NCBI GenBank assembly: GCA_964438755.1
Contig: CAYTLL010000009.1
Span: 29,518-93,517 of the forward strand
Length of the DNA: 64,000 nt
DNA from: an uncultured Akkermansia sp.
GTDB taxonomy: Bacteria; Verrucomicrobiota; Verrucomicrobiia; Opitutales; Opitutaceae
Direction: 5' to 3'
The number at the start of each line of letters is the position of its first letter. Position 1 is the stretch's first letter. The position numbers and the translations under genes were made by a program. Below the pieces are notes generated by a model. The model worked only from the letters and a program-made list of their open reading frames with translations, did no database searches and was not told where the DNA came from. Positions 35,966 through 43,733 of the stretch are shown here, in pieces.

Positions 35966-38416
35966 ATGAAGCTTCTCCCTTGTTCGCTGGCCCTCTGGGC
36001 CACCCTGCCCGCGTTCACCCTGTTTGGCGCCGCCGTCGACGTCCGCGTCGATTGCACCAAGCCGGGCACGCCGCTCAGCCCGCACCTTTACGGCCTCTTT
36101 TTCGAGGACATCAACTACGCCGCCGACGGCGGTCTCTACGCCGAGTTGGTCCAAAACCGTTCCTTCGAATACTACTCGGTCAACGGCAACGACCCGCGCG
36201 GCCGCGGCTTCCATCCGCTCTTCGCCTGGGAAAAGATCGAACGCGGTGGCGCGAAGGGCGAGATCTCCGTCTCCGACGCCACGCCGTTGAACGCCAAAAA
36301 CCGGCACTACCTCGCCCTGCGCGTCGAGGAGCCCGGCCAGGGTTTCGCCGTCGCCAACTCCGGCTTCGACGGCATCCGCGTCGACGCGGGCGCGCGCTAC
36401 GACTTTTCTTTTTACGCCCGCGCCGCCGACTGGAGCGGCGACGACACGGTCACGATCGCGGTCGAGCTGCCCGACGGCACGCGTGCCGGCTCGGCCGAAA
36501 TTCGCGGCGTCGGTCGCGAGTGGAAGAAGTTCGAGGGTGTGCTCGTCTCCTCCGCCACCGCCGACAAGGCCCGCCTCGTCGTGAGCGTCGCCGGTCGCGG
36601 CACGCTCGCGCTCGATATGGTGTCGCTCTTCCCGCAGGACACCTGGCTCGGTCGCAAAGGCGGCCTGCGCCGCGATCTCGTCGAGGCGTTGCGCGACCTG
36701 CACCCGAAGTTTCTCCGCTTCCCCGGCGGCTGCATCGCCCACGGCGACGGCCTCGCCAACGCCTACACGTGGAAGGACACGGTCGGCGACGTCGCCGAGC
36801 GAAAGCCCAACTGGAATCTCTGGGGTTACCACCAGACCTACGGCCTCGGCTACTTCGAGTATTTCCAGCTCTGCAAGGACCTCGGCATGCAGCCCCTGCC
36901 GGTCATGCCGGTCGGCGTCTCCTGCGGCTTCCGCGGCCTCGAGGTCGTGCCGATGGACCAGTTGCAAACGTGGATCGACGACGCGCTCGACCTGATCGAG
37001 TTCGCCAACGGCCCCGTCACCTCGAAGTGGGGCGCCGTGCGCGCGCGCATGGGCCAGCCCGAGCCCTTCAACCTCCAGTTCATCTGTCTCGGCAACGAGG
37101 AGCACGACAACGCCGCCGTGCGCGAGCGTTTCCCCCATTTCGTCCGCGCCATCCGAGCCCGTTATCCCGACATCAAGATCATCGGCACGTCCGGCCTCGG
37201 CGCCGAGATCCCGATCTACGATCTCATGACCGAGCTCGGCATCCACAGCTCGGACGAGCACTACTACGAACGCCCGGACTGGTTCGTCGCCCACCAGAGC
37301 CGCTTCGATTCCTTCGATCGCAAGAAGCCCAAGATCTTCGTCGGCGAATACGCTTCGCAGGGCAACACGCTCTTTAACGCGCTCTCCGAGGCGGTCTACC
37401 TCACCGGCATCGAGCGAAACGGCGATGTCGTCGACATGGCCTGCTACGCGCCGCTCTTCGCCCGCATCGGCCGGACGCAGTGGACGCCCGATCTGATCTT
37501 CTTCGATCAGCGCAAGGTCGTCCTTCCGCCCAACTACTACGTCCAGCAGCTCTTCGCCCGCCACAAGGGCGACGCCTATCTGCCCACGACGGTCGAGTTC
37601 CCCGCCGCCGCGCCCGCTCCGACCCTGTCCGGTCCCGTGGGTGTGGGCAGCTGGCGCACCGCCATCGAGGTGGACGAAGTCCGCGTGAACGGTCGCAAGC
37701 TCGATCCCTCGGGCTGGGCCTCCGAGGGCGGCGATTTCCGCTTCGCCAACAACGTGCTGCGCCAAGGCTCGGTCGAGGCCGAGGGCGCGATGAGCTTTTC
37801 GTCCGAAAGCGTCTCCGGCGACACCGTCACCTACACGGTGCGCGCCCGGAAGACCGGCGGCGCCGAGGGTTTCCTGATCCGCTTCGGCTCGGTCGACGGC
37901 AAGGGCTACTACTGGTGGAACGTCGGAGGTTGGGGCAACAGCCGCCATGCGCTCCAGCGCCTCGACAACGGCGTGCACAGCGGCGTCGTCCTCGCCGACG
38001 CGCCCGGTTCGGTGCGCACCGGCGCTTGGCACGAGATGAAGGTCGAGCTCTCGCCCGGCCGTATCCGCTGCTCGCTCGACGGTGCGCTCGTCCACGACTA
38101 CACGATCCGCCCCGTCGGCCTGAGCGCGTCGACGACCTACGACCGCGCCGCGCGCGAGATCGTGGTGAAGCTGGTCAATCCCACCGCGGCTCCGGTCGAC
38201 GCCAACATCGATTTGCAAGGCAAGCTCCGCCTCGCGAGCTCCGCCCGCCTCGTCACGCTCGCGGGCGAGCGCGACGCCACCAACTCGGTCGCGAATCCGG
38301 ACGTGGTGAAGCCGGTCGAGAGCTCCCTGGCCGTCGGCCCGCGCTTCACGCACGAGGTGCCGCCGATGTCGCTTCAGTTCATCCGCGTGCAGCTCTCGCC
38401 CGACGCGGGCAAGTGA
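35966..38416 (+). CDS. Alpha-L-arabinofuranosidase, GH51, with extra ConA/LamG-like insertion
   Basis: A signal peptide is followed by LYGLFFEDINYAADGGLYAELVQNRSF, FLRFPGGC, the acid/base region FICLGNEEH and the nucleophile region IFVGEYAS. An additional roughly 190-aa jelly-roll-like segment (GSWRTAIEVDEVRVNGRKL...YYWWNVGGWGN...WHEMKVEL) precedes the C-terminal sandwich. Confidence 0.9.
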   Translation: MKLLPCSLALWATLPAFTLFGAAVDVRVDCTKPGTPLSPHLYGLFFEDINYAADGGLYAELVQNRSFEYYSVNGNDPRGRGFHPLFAWEKIERGGAKGEISVSDATPLNAKNRHYLALRVEEPGQGFAVANSGFDGIRVDAGARYDFSFYARAADWSGDDTVTIAVELPDGTRAGSAEIRGVGREWKKFEGVLVSSATADKARLVVSVAGRGTLALDMVSLFPQDTWLGRKGGLRRDLVEALRDLHPKFLRFPGGCIAHGDGLANAYTWKDTVGDVAERKPNWNLWGYHQTYGLGYFEYFQLCKDLGMQPLPVMPVGVSCGFRGLEVVPMDQLQTWIDDALDLIEFANGPVTSKWGAVRARMGQPEPFNLQFICLGNEEHDNAAVRERFPHFVRAIRARYPDIKIIGTSGLGAEIPIYDLMTELGIHSSDEHYYERPDWFVAHQSRFDSFDRKKPKIFVGEYASQGNTLFNALSEAVYLTGIERNGDVVDMACYAPLFARIGRTQWTPDLIFFDQRKVVLPPNYYVQQLFARHKGDAYLPTTVEFPAAAPAPTLSGPVGVGSWRTAIEVDEVRVNGRKLDPSGWASEGGDFRFANNVLRQGSVEAEGAMSFSSESVSGDTVTYTVRARKTGGAEGFLIRFGSVDGKGYYWWNVGGWGNSRHALQRLDNGVHSGVVLADAPGSVRTGAWHEMKVELSPGRIRCSLDGALVHDYTIRPVGLSASTTYDRAAREIVVKLVNPTAAPVDANIDLQGKLRLASSARLVTLAGERDATNSVANPDVVKPVESSLAVGPRFTHEVPPMSLQFIRVQLSPDAGK

Positions 38417-38450
38417 GCCTGGATCGCTTGGCGGCCTGAAGCCGCTTCAA

Positions 38451-38479
38451 GGCGACGAGCCCCGGCTCGTCGCCTTTTT
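38451..38479 (+). terminator. Rho-independent terminator after GH51
   Basis: A GC-rich hairpin (ggcgacgag / ctcgtcgcc, 9-10 bp stem, short loop) is followed directly by ttttt. It lies 35 nt after the stop at 38416, between convergent genes. Confidence 0.6.
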
Positions 38480-38512
38480 CGCGCCCGCTTTTTTCGTTTC
38501 GGGCTCGGCCGG

Positions 38513-39331
38513 CTAGGGCTGCTTCACACCGTAGACGGCGCGCACCTTGGCGGCGTCTCCGGCGCTGATGCGGTTGTCCTGCCACTGGCCGATCACGGCG
38601 TCGTATTCCGTCTCGAGCGGGTCGATCACCGCGCAGGCGCTGTCACCCCGGCCGTCCTCGCACTGGGCCTCGCAACGTCCCGCCCAGCACACGCGGTAGT
38701 GCATGATCGAACGATAGTCGTAAGGCGTGGCGTCGGTGATCCAGTCGGCGCGGGGTATCCAGTCGTAGTCGTGCGCGCGACCTTCCTTGATGTTCTCGTA
38801 GCGGATGGCGACGAACCAGTCGCGATCCCAGCGCTGGTGTTCGTGGAAAAAGCCCAGCACGTGTCCCAGCTCGTGCGCCTGCATCCACTCGCCGTTCCAC
38901 CAGAAGGAGGTGATGTTGATGTTCACCCGCACGCCGGGCCGGTAGCCCACCTGGCTGGTGTTGTTGCCCGCGTCGGTGCGGCCGGTGAAGAACACGTAGG
39001 CCGTCTCGTCGGTGCGCGGCACGAAACGGATCGCCGCGCCGGTGTCTTCCCAACGCTTCATCGCGGACAACACCTTCACACGTTGGGCCTCCGTCAATTT
39101 CGACACGTCGTAGGGAATGACGCCGCCGGGCCAAGGGAGCGGCCTGCCGGCTTCGTCGCGGCGGTGCGTCGGGTCCGATTCCTCGGGGCGAACCTCGGGC
39201 TTCCCGATCCGGGGCGTGGTCTTGTCGGTCGCGTGGGCGAGTGCCCCCGCGGACCAGAGCATGATCGCGGCGCCCAGCAGGGCGATGGTGGTGCGGGAGG
39301 ACGAGGTCGTGCGCGGGATGCTTGGACTCAT
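38513..39331 (-). CDS. Astacin-family (M12A) zinc metalloprotease, secreted
   Basis: The extended astacin zinc signature is complete (HELGHVLGFFHEHQRWDRD = HExxHxxGFxHExxRxDRD) and a Met-turn is present (SIMHY). The N-terminus is signal-like and the C-terminal part is Cys-rich. Confidence 0.9.
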   Translation of the reverse strand: MSPSIPRTTSSSRTTIALLGAAIMLWSAGALAHATDKTTPRIGKPEVRPEESDPTHRRDEAGRPLPWPGGVIPYDVSKLTEAQRVKVLSAMKRWEDTGAAIRFVPRTDETAYVFFTGRTDAGNNTSQVGYRPGVRVNINITSFWWNGEWMQAHELGHVLGFFHEHQRWDRDWFVAIRYENIKEGRAHDYDWIPRADWITDATPYDYRSIMHYRVCWAGRCEAQCEDGRGDSACAVIDPLETEYDAVIGQWQDNRISAGDAAKVRAVYGVKQP

Positions 39332-39379
39332 GGGCAGGTTCGAAGCATGGCCGCGTCGTCGCGGTCCAAGGTCGGCGTC

Positions 39380-41878
39380 TTACTTGGCGCTTTCCACCGA
39401 CCACTCGTAGAGGCCGGCGGAGAAGTTGTCCGCGAGGTCGAGCTCGAGCTTCAGGGCGCGGGCGACGACCGGGGGGAACGTCACTTTCACGGGCTCGGAT
39501 TTGCGGATCGCGTAGGCGGAGACGCCGGGCACGGGCAGCCACTCGCCGGCCTCGTTCTTGTAGAGCAGGCGCCACGCCTTGGGCAGGCGGCACTCGCCCT
39601 GGCCCTCGTCGGAGAACCAGGAGACGGTCGCGCCGCTCACGCGCTCGGGCTTGGCGAACTCGTAGCTCAGCCACTCGGTGCCGCCCTTGTGCGGCCAGAA
39701 ATCGAAGTTGCGCGGGAAGCCGTCGGTGGCGTTTTGCGGCATCTGGCCGTCCTTGACCACGGCGGGGTCCATGCCGCCGCGGGCGAAGGAGACGCCGAGC
39801 TTGGCGGTGGAGGCGATCGTGGGCGGCAAGGGCAGGCGAACCTTGTCCGCCGAACGGGCGAGCCAGACGGCCATCGGCGAGAGGCCGCGGTTGTTCCAGG
39901 CGGCGTAGGGGATGGCTACGAGGCGCGCGGGCGTCTCGGCGAGCGAACCGTCCTCGCGGCGCGAGACGCGTTTCGCGCCGTCGACCTCGAGCGTGGTCAC
40001 GCCGCCGAGCAGCGCGGCCTGGTAAACGGGACGCGTGTCGGCGCCGGCGGGGAGCACGAGACCTTGCAGCGATCCGTCGTTGTCCAGGCCCTCGAAGGTG
40101 TAGACGACCGGGCCGCGCTCGAGCGCGACGAGGCCGGCGACGTCCTTGATCTTGGCGTGACCCGCCACGCGGCGGACGGGCATCGCGAGGTCGAGCTCCA
40201 CGCGGTCGCCTTCGCGCCACTCGCGGCGGACGACGGCGAAGCCGGACTCGAGCGCGGCGGACACGGGCTTGCCGTTGACCTTGAGCGTCCAGGCGGCGGG
40301 GGTCGCGTCCTCGTAGGTGTAGAGATCGCTCGGCACGGGCGCGCCGCGCGTCCAGCCGGGGATGCGCAGGCGCAGGGCGAAGGTGGCGGGCTTTTGCGGG
40401 TTCACCCCGAGGCGGATCGCGCCGTTCCACGGGTAGGCGGTCTCCTGCGTGAGGCGCAGCGTTTGCCCGCCGAGCTCGGCGCGGGCCTCGCCGGCGGCGT
40501 AGAGATTCACGAACAAATCCTGGTCGCGGACGGCGTAGGCGTAGCCGCCGAGCGAGGCGAGGACGCGGAGGACGTTGGGCGGGCAGCAGGCGCAGCCGAA
40601 CCAGGGGGCGCGGCCGGCGTGACCGTGGTTGTTCTTCGTCTTTCCGTCGTATTCGAGCGGGTTGGGGTAGAAGAACCGGTCGCCCGAGAGGGAGACGCCG
40701 CTGAGGAAGCCGTTGTAGAGCGTGCGCTCGAAGACATCCATGTATTTGGCGTCGCCGCTCATGAGGAACATGCGGTGGTTCCAGAAGAGGAAGCCGATGG
40801 CGGCGCAGGTCTCGTTGTAACAGCGGTTGGGTAGCTCGTAATCGTCGCCGTAGGCCTCGCCCGCGGCGCGGGCGCCCACGCCGCCGGTGAGGTGGAGCTT
40901 TTTGCCGACGACGTTGCCCCAGATCGCGTTGATCGCCTCGAGGTAACGCGGGTCGCCCTGGAGGGCGGCGACGTCGGCCATGCCGCTGTAGAGGTAGTTG
41001 GCGCGCACGGCGTGGCCGACGGCCTTGCGCTGATCGACCACGGGGGCGTGGTCCTGGCTGTATTCGCCGCCGCCGTGGCCGCGGGCCTCGAGGAAGAAGC
41101 GCGCGAGCGCGAGCCAGCGTTTGTCGCCGGTTTCCCGATACAGCTTGGCCAGGCCCATCTCGACGACCTCGTGGCCGGGGGCGATGCGCGGCTCGCCGTC
41201 GCCGAAGTCGCGTTGCAGGAGCTCGGCGGTCTTCAGGCAGATGTCGAGAAGGCTGCGGGAGCCGGTGGCCTGCTCGTGGGCGACGCCGGCCTCGTAGAGG
41301 TGGCCGAGGTTGTAGAGCTCGTGGCTGAGGCCCGGATCCTTTTCCCAGCGGTTTTGGCCGATCCACTCGTGCGCGGGCGAGTCGGGGTGCATCGTGCGCC
41401 AGGTGTAGAGATAGCCGTCGGGCTCCTGCGCGGCGGCGACGCGGGCGATGATCGTCTCGAGCTGGGCTTGCAGCTTGGGATCGGGGCGGACGCTGAGGCA
41501 GAAGGCGGCGCCTTCGAGGACCTTGTAGACGTCGGAATCGTCGAAGGGGTATTCGGTGACGGGCTTGTGCTGGGCGCCGGCCTCGCCGGCGGCGCGGCGC
41601 TTGAGGATGTCGGCCGCGAGGTCGAAATTTTGCAGACGCTTCGAGGTCTCGAGCTGGCCGAGGGCGAAGGGCAGGGTGACGCGGTTGTTGGTCTCCTGAC
41701 GGTCATGCCAGAGGCCCTCGGTGAAGCTCACCGCGGTGAAGGGGACGGGCTGGATCGGGTAGTCGGAGCCGGCGGCGAAGGCGGGCGCGGCGGCGAGGGC
41801 GCCGGCCATCGCGGACACGGCGTAGCAGCGCAGCCGGCCGGCGGCGCCGCGAGAGGGCGAAGGGGCGGAAGGGAACAT
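39380..41878 (-). CDS. Beta-L-arabinofuranosidase, GH127, with C-terminal discoidin/CBM-like domain
   Basis: DUF1680/GH127 blocks are YKVLEGAA, GYLYTW, HELYNLGHLYEAGVAH, the E-x-C motif NETCAAIGFLFWN, and the CC motif FGCACCPPNVLR. The C-terminal roughly 130 aa (TEWLSYEFAKPERVSGATVSWF...) are F5/8-like. I preferred the ATG at 41878 (MFPSAPS..., signal-like) over 41932, because the latter would overlap the divergent AraC gene. Confidence 0.9.
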   Translation of the reverse strand: MFPSAPSPSRGAAGRLRCYAVSAMAGALAAAPAFAAGSDYPIQPVPFTAVSFTEGLWHDRQETNNRVTLPFALGQLETSKRLQNFDLAADILKRRAAGEAGAQHKPVTEYPFDDSDVYKVLEGAAFCLSVRPDPKLQAQLETIIARVAAAQEPDGYLYTWRTMHPDSPAHEWIGQNRWEKDPGLSHELYNLGHLYEAGVAHEQATGSRSLLDICLKTAELLQRDFGDGEPRIAPGHEVVEMGLAKLYRETGDKRWLALARFFLEARGHGGGEYSQDHAPVVDQRKAVGHAVRANYLYSGMADVAALQGDPRYLEAINAIWGNVVGKKLHLTGGVGARAAGEAYGDDYELPNRCYNETCAAIGFLFWNHRMFLMSGDAKYMDVFERTLYNGFLSGVSLSGDRFFYPNPLEYDGKTKNNHGHAGRAPWFGCACCPPNVLRVLASLGGYAYAVRDQDLFVNLYAAGEARAELGGQTLRLTQETAYPWNGAIRLGVNPQKPATFALRLRIPGWTRGAPVPSDLYTYEDATPAAWTLKVNGKPVSAALESGFAVVRREWREGDRVELDLAMPVRRVAGHAKIKDVAGLVALERGPVVYTFEGLDNDGSLQGLVLPAGADTRPVYQAALLGGVTTLEVDGAKRVSRREDGSLAETPARLVAIPYAAWNNRGLSPMAVWLARSADKVRLPLPPTIASTAKLGVSFARGGMDPAVVKDGQMPQNATDGFPRNFDFWPHKGGTEWLSYEFAKPERVSGATVSWFSDEGQGECRLPKAWRLLYKNEAGEWLPVPGVSAYAIRKSEPVKVTFPPVVARALKLELDLADNFSAGLYEWSVESAK

Positions 41879-41926
41879 AGTCGCGAGCGTCGGCGCGGAC
41901 GTTTCTCCTTTCAAAAGGACATTGTC

Positions 41927-41937
41927 CGACAAAAAAG
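41927..41937. promoter_or_regulatory. Small palindrome GGACAtTGTCC in the GH127/AraC divergent promoter region
   Basis: Read directly from the sequence. It sits in the 76-bp AT-richer gap between the divergent starts at 41878 and 41955, and it contains the TTGTCCG half-site also seen at 26159-26177. Confidence 0.25.
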
Positions 41938-41954
41938 GAACAAATCCGACCGTA

Positions 41955-42767
41955 ATGGAACGTCTGCATATTCCTCTTTCTTCCGGGTTGCGGGTGCTGA
42001 GCGCGGGGCTGTTTGTCAGTCCCGGCTACGGCATTCATCCGGACCGCGTGATGGACTCGTATGAGATCATCTTCGTGCGTTCGGGGCGGCTGCGAATCGC
42101 GGAGGGCGATCAGGATTACGAGGTGGGGGCGGGCGAGGCGTTATGGATGCGGCCGGGGGTCCGGCACCGCGGCACCCGGCCGCACGAGGCGGACCTGTCT
42201 TTTTATTGGGCGCATTTTTATCTTCCGAAGGGCGCGCGGAAAAGAGGAGGCGCGGGCATCGAGCAATATTCCCGGCCGGCGCGGCCGGAGCGGGTGGGGG
42301 AGTGGTTCCACCGTCTGGTGGAGCTGTTGGAGTCGGGCGTGCCGGAGGCCGACGAGGGCAGTCTGCTGCTGCTCCTGCTTTGGCGGGAGCTTGCCCGGGT
42401 GCAGGCGCCGACGAACCCGAACGCGGGCGAGGCGTTGGCGGCGCGGGCGGAGCAGTTTATCGCGACGCGCTTTCCCCAGGGTCTGCACGCGGGCGACGTG
42501 GCGAAGGCGATGGGTTGCCACCCGGACTACCTCGGGCGGGTGTTTCGTCGCTCGCAGGGGTGCACGGTGAGCGAGGCGATCCATCGGCGGCAGCTTCAGG
42601 AGGCGCGCTGGCGGCTCCGCGAGGGAGGGCACAGCATCGAGGAGGTGGCGCTGGCCTGCGGTTTTCGCGAGCCGCGCTATTTCCGAAAGCTCTTCACCGA
42701 GGCGCAGGGCGTGAGCCCGCGCGAATACCGGAAGCTGCACGCGCGCATCCGGGTGAACACGCGGTGA
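41955..42767 (+). CDS. AraC-family transcriptional regulator (cupin sensor + HTH)
   Basis: The N-terminus is cupin-like (YEIIFVRSGRLRIAEGDQDYEVGAGEALWMRPGVRH). The C-terminus has the AraC double HTH (VAKAMGCHPDYLGRVFRRSQGCTVSEAIHRRQLQEARWRL...IEEVALACGFREPRYFRKLFTEAQGVSPREYRK). Confidence 0.85.
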   Translation: MERLHIPLSSGLRVLSAGLFVSPGYGIHPDRVMDSYEIIFVRSGRLRIAEGDQDYEVGAGEALWMRPGVRHRGTRPHEADLSFYWAHFYLPKGARKRGGAGIEQYSRPARPERVGEWFHRLVELLESGVPEADEGSLLLLLLWRELARVQAPTNPNAGEALAARAEQFIATRFPQGLHAGDVAKAMGCHPDYLGRVFRRSQGCTVSEAIHRRQLQEARWRLREGGHSIEEVALACGFREPRYFRKLFTEAQGVSPREYRKLHARIRVNTR

Positions 42768-43020
42768 CGGAAGCCGCTGAAGCCGCGGAGGACGCTGGGC
42801 GGTATGCCCCCTTGATCAGCTGCGCCGCCCAGCGCCACGCCGCTTTGTTTTGAAGACAGATCCTCACGCTTCTTGTGGAGGGCGGGGCGCCGTCCTCGCC
42901 GCGATAAACCTGCGGATCACGAAAGGCGGACACGGCGGTCCGCCCTCCATCGGACCGCATCCTTCTCAGGGAATCTTGACGGAGTCGTGCTGAGGGGGCG
43001 ATACGCGTGCTCGAGCCGCA

Positions 43021-43527
43021 TCAGGGACGGGCGAGGCTGCGTTCGAAGTTCTGCACGAAATAACGGTTTCGTTTTTGGACGATCACGTGTCCTTCGGCTT
43101 CGAGGCGCGCGGCGAGGTCGGGGATGCCGCCGGGGTATTTGGGGTTCAGTTCCCCCTTCGCCTTGAGCGTGCGCCAGTAGGGGGTGGCGTCGGTCGCGCC
43201 CGCGGCCTCGGCCTCCGCGGCGGCCTGGGCGGCGATCCAGGAAAAAATCCCCGTGGTGATCGGACATCCGATTTCGGCTCCTTGGTCGCGCGCCACCGCC
43301 TGACGGAGCTCGTGGATCGTCGTGAGCTTTCCGCGCGGCACGCGGCGCATGAGGGCGTCGATCTCGCGCGGAGCGGGGAGGGCGCAGGTTTTGCCGCCGA
43401 GACGCGCGGCCTGGTCTTTTCCGAGGATCACGACCTTTGGCAGGTCCTTGTCGTCGGCGAGCTTCTCCCTCCAGGTTTTTTTGCCCCGCCGGGGCGGACG
43501 GGGCGAACGCTCGGGAGCCGGTTTCAT
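43021..43527 (-). CDS. MGMT-family (methyltransferase DNA-binding-domain-like) protein
   Basis: The pattern is GKLTTIHELRQAVARDQGAEIGCPITTGIFSWIAAQAAAE...TPYWRTLKAKGELNPKYPGG...LEAEGH, which matches my recollection of proteins annotated as the MGMT family. I chose the start at MKPAPE (ATG at 43527). Confidence 0.6.
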   Translation of the reverse strand: MKPAPERSPRPPRRGKKTWREKLADDKDLPKVVILGKDQAARLGGKTCALPAPREIDALMRRVPRGKLTTIHELRQAVARDQGAEIGCPITTGIFSWIAAQAAAEAEAAGATDATPYWRTLKAKGELNPKYPGGIPDLAARLEAEGHVIVQKRNRYFVQNFERSLARP

Positions 43528-43733
43528 GGGGCGAGAGCGAATCGGGATTTGGCGCGGGTGACGAGCGAAGGATGGCGGTCCGCGGGCGACCGGAATCCGG
43601 CATCGCATCACGCTCGGGGGCGGCGCGCCCGAGATCGTCGGTGGTGGCGGCCTCCTGCCGCCGCGCTCCGGAAACGAGAAAGGGCGGGCGATGGGATATC
43701 GCCCGCCCGCGGAGGAGATTTACCTGAGCGCGG

